Assembly: GCA_016906335.1 (NCBI GenBank)
Contig: JADEYG010000007.1
Coordinates: 2,046,001 to 2,110,000, forward strand
Source of the DNA: Novakomyces olei
Taxonomy: Eukaryota
Length of the DNA stretch: 64,000 nt
Direction of reading: 5' to 3'
A program made the translations under genes and the position numbers. Shown in pieces: positions 63,907 to 64,000 of the stretch (position 1 is the first letter of the stretch; the number at the start of each line of letters is the position of its first letter). The notes under the pieces were generated by a model, which was not told the DNA's origin, did no database searches, and saw only the letters and a program-made list of their open reading frames with translations.

Positions 63907-64000
63907 ACTCGCCTCGTTTTGCATAGATGAGAGGTGACGAGGGTTGCATGATGATGTACATGTGGGATTATTACTGCTCTGCTTTATGTTACGATCTGAT

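Overview
Gene-dense, intron-rich ascomycete fungal DNA with about 34 protein-coding genes and no convincing tRNA, rRNA, transposon or CRISPR. Many introns are short (about 35-50 nt), others carry AT-rich fill. Homol D/E boxes at RPL42, an S. pombe-like eL42 and an S. pombe-like Ecl1 N-terminus suggest an early-diverging, Taphrinomycotina-like yeast (inference). Recognisable genes: HIR1, omega-like GST, ILV6, KH-domain protein, PEX19, GUK1, NUP133, CEX1/SCYL1, DAD2, shugoshin, BUD6/AIP3, PBP1/ataxin-2, xanthine dioxygenase, TMEM42-like, RRN9-like, RPL42, STF2/TMA10-like, Ecl1-like, SDR, VTC1, fatty aldehyde dehydrogenase, MED11, ARO2, Tctex-1, VPS29, AGX1, ARD1, LST8, PAL1. Most notable observations: an orphan with a TPX2-like motif plus CDK sites, KEN box and forkhead/MCB promoter motifs; a secreted, probably GPI-anchored alpha/beta-hydrolase lacking its catalytic Ser; long pure microsatellites filling short bidirectional promoters; frequent AAG 3' splice sites and a GC-AG intron; a spliced Ecl1 gene missed by the ORF track. 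I found no clearly new multi-gene system. All gene models and family assignments were made by eye without database searches.
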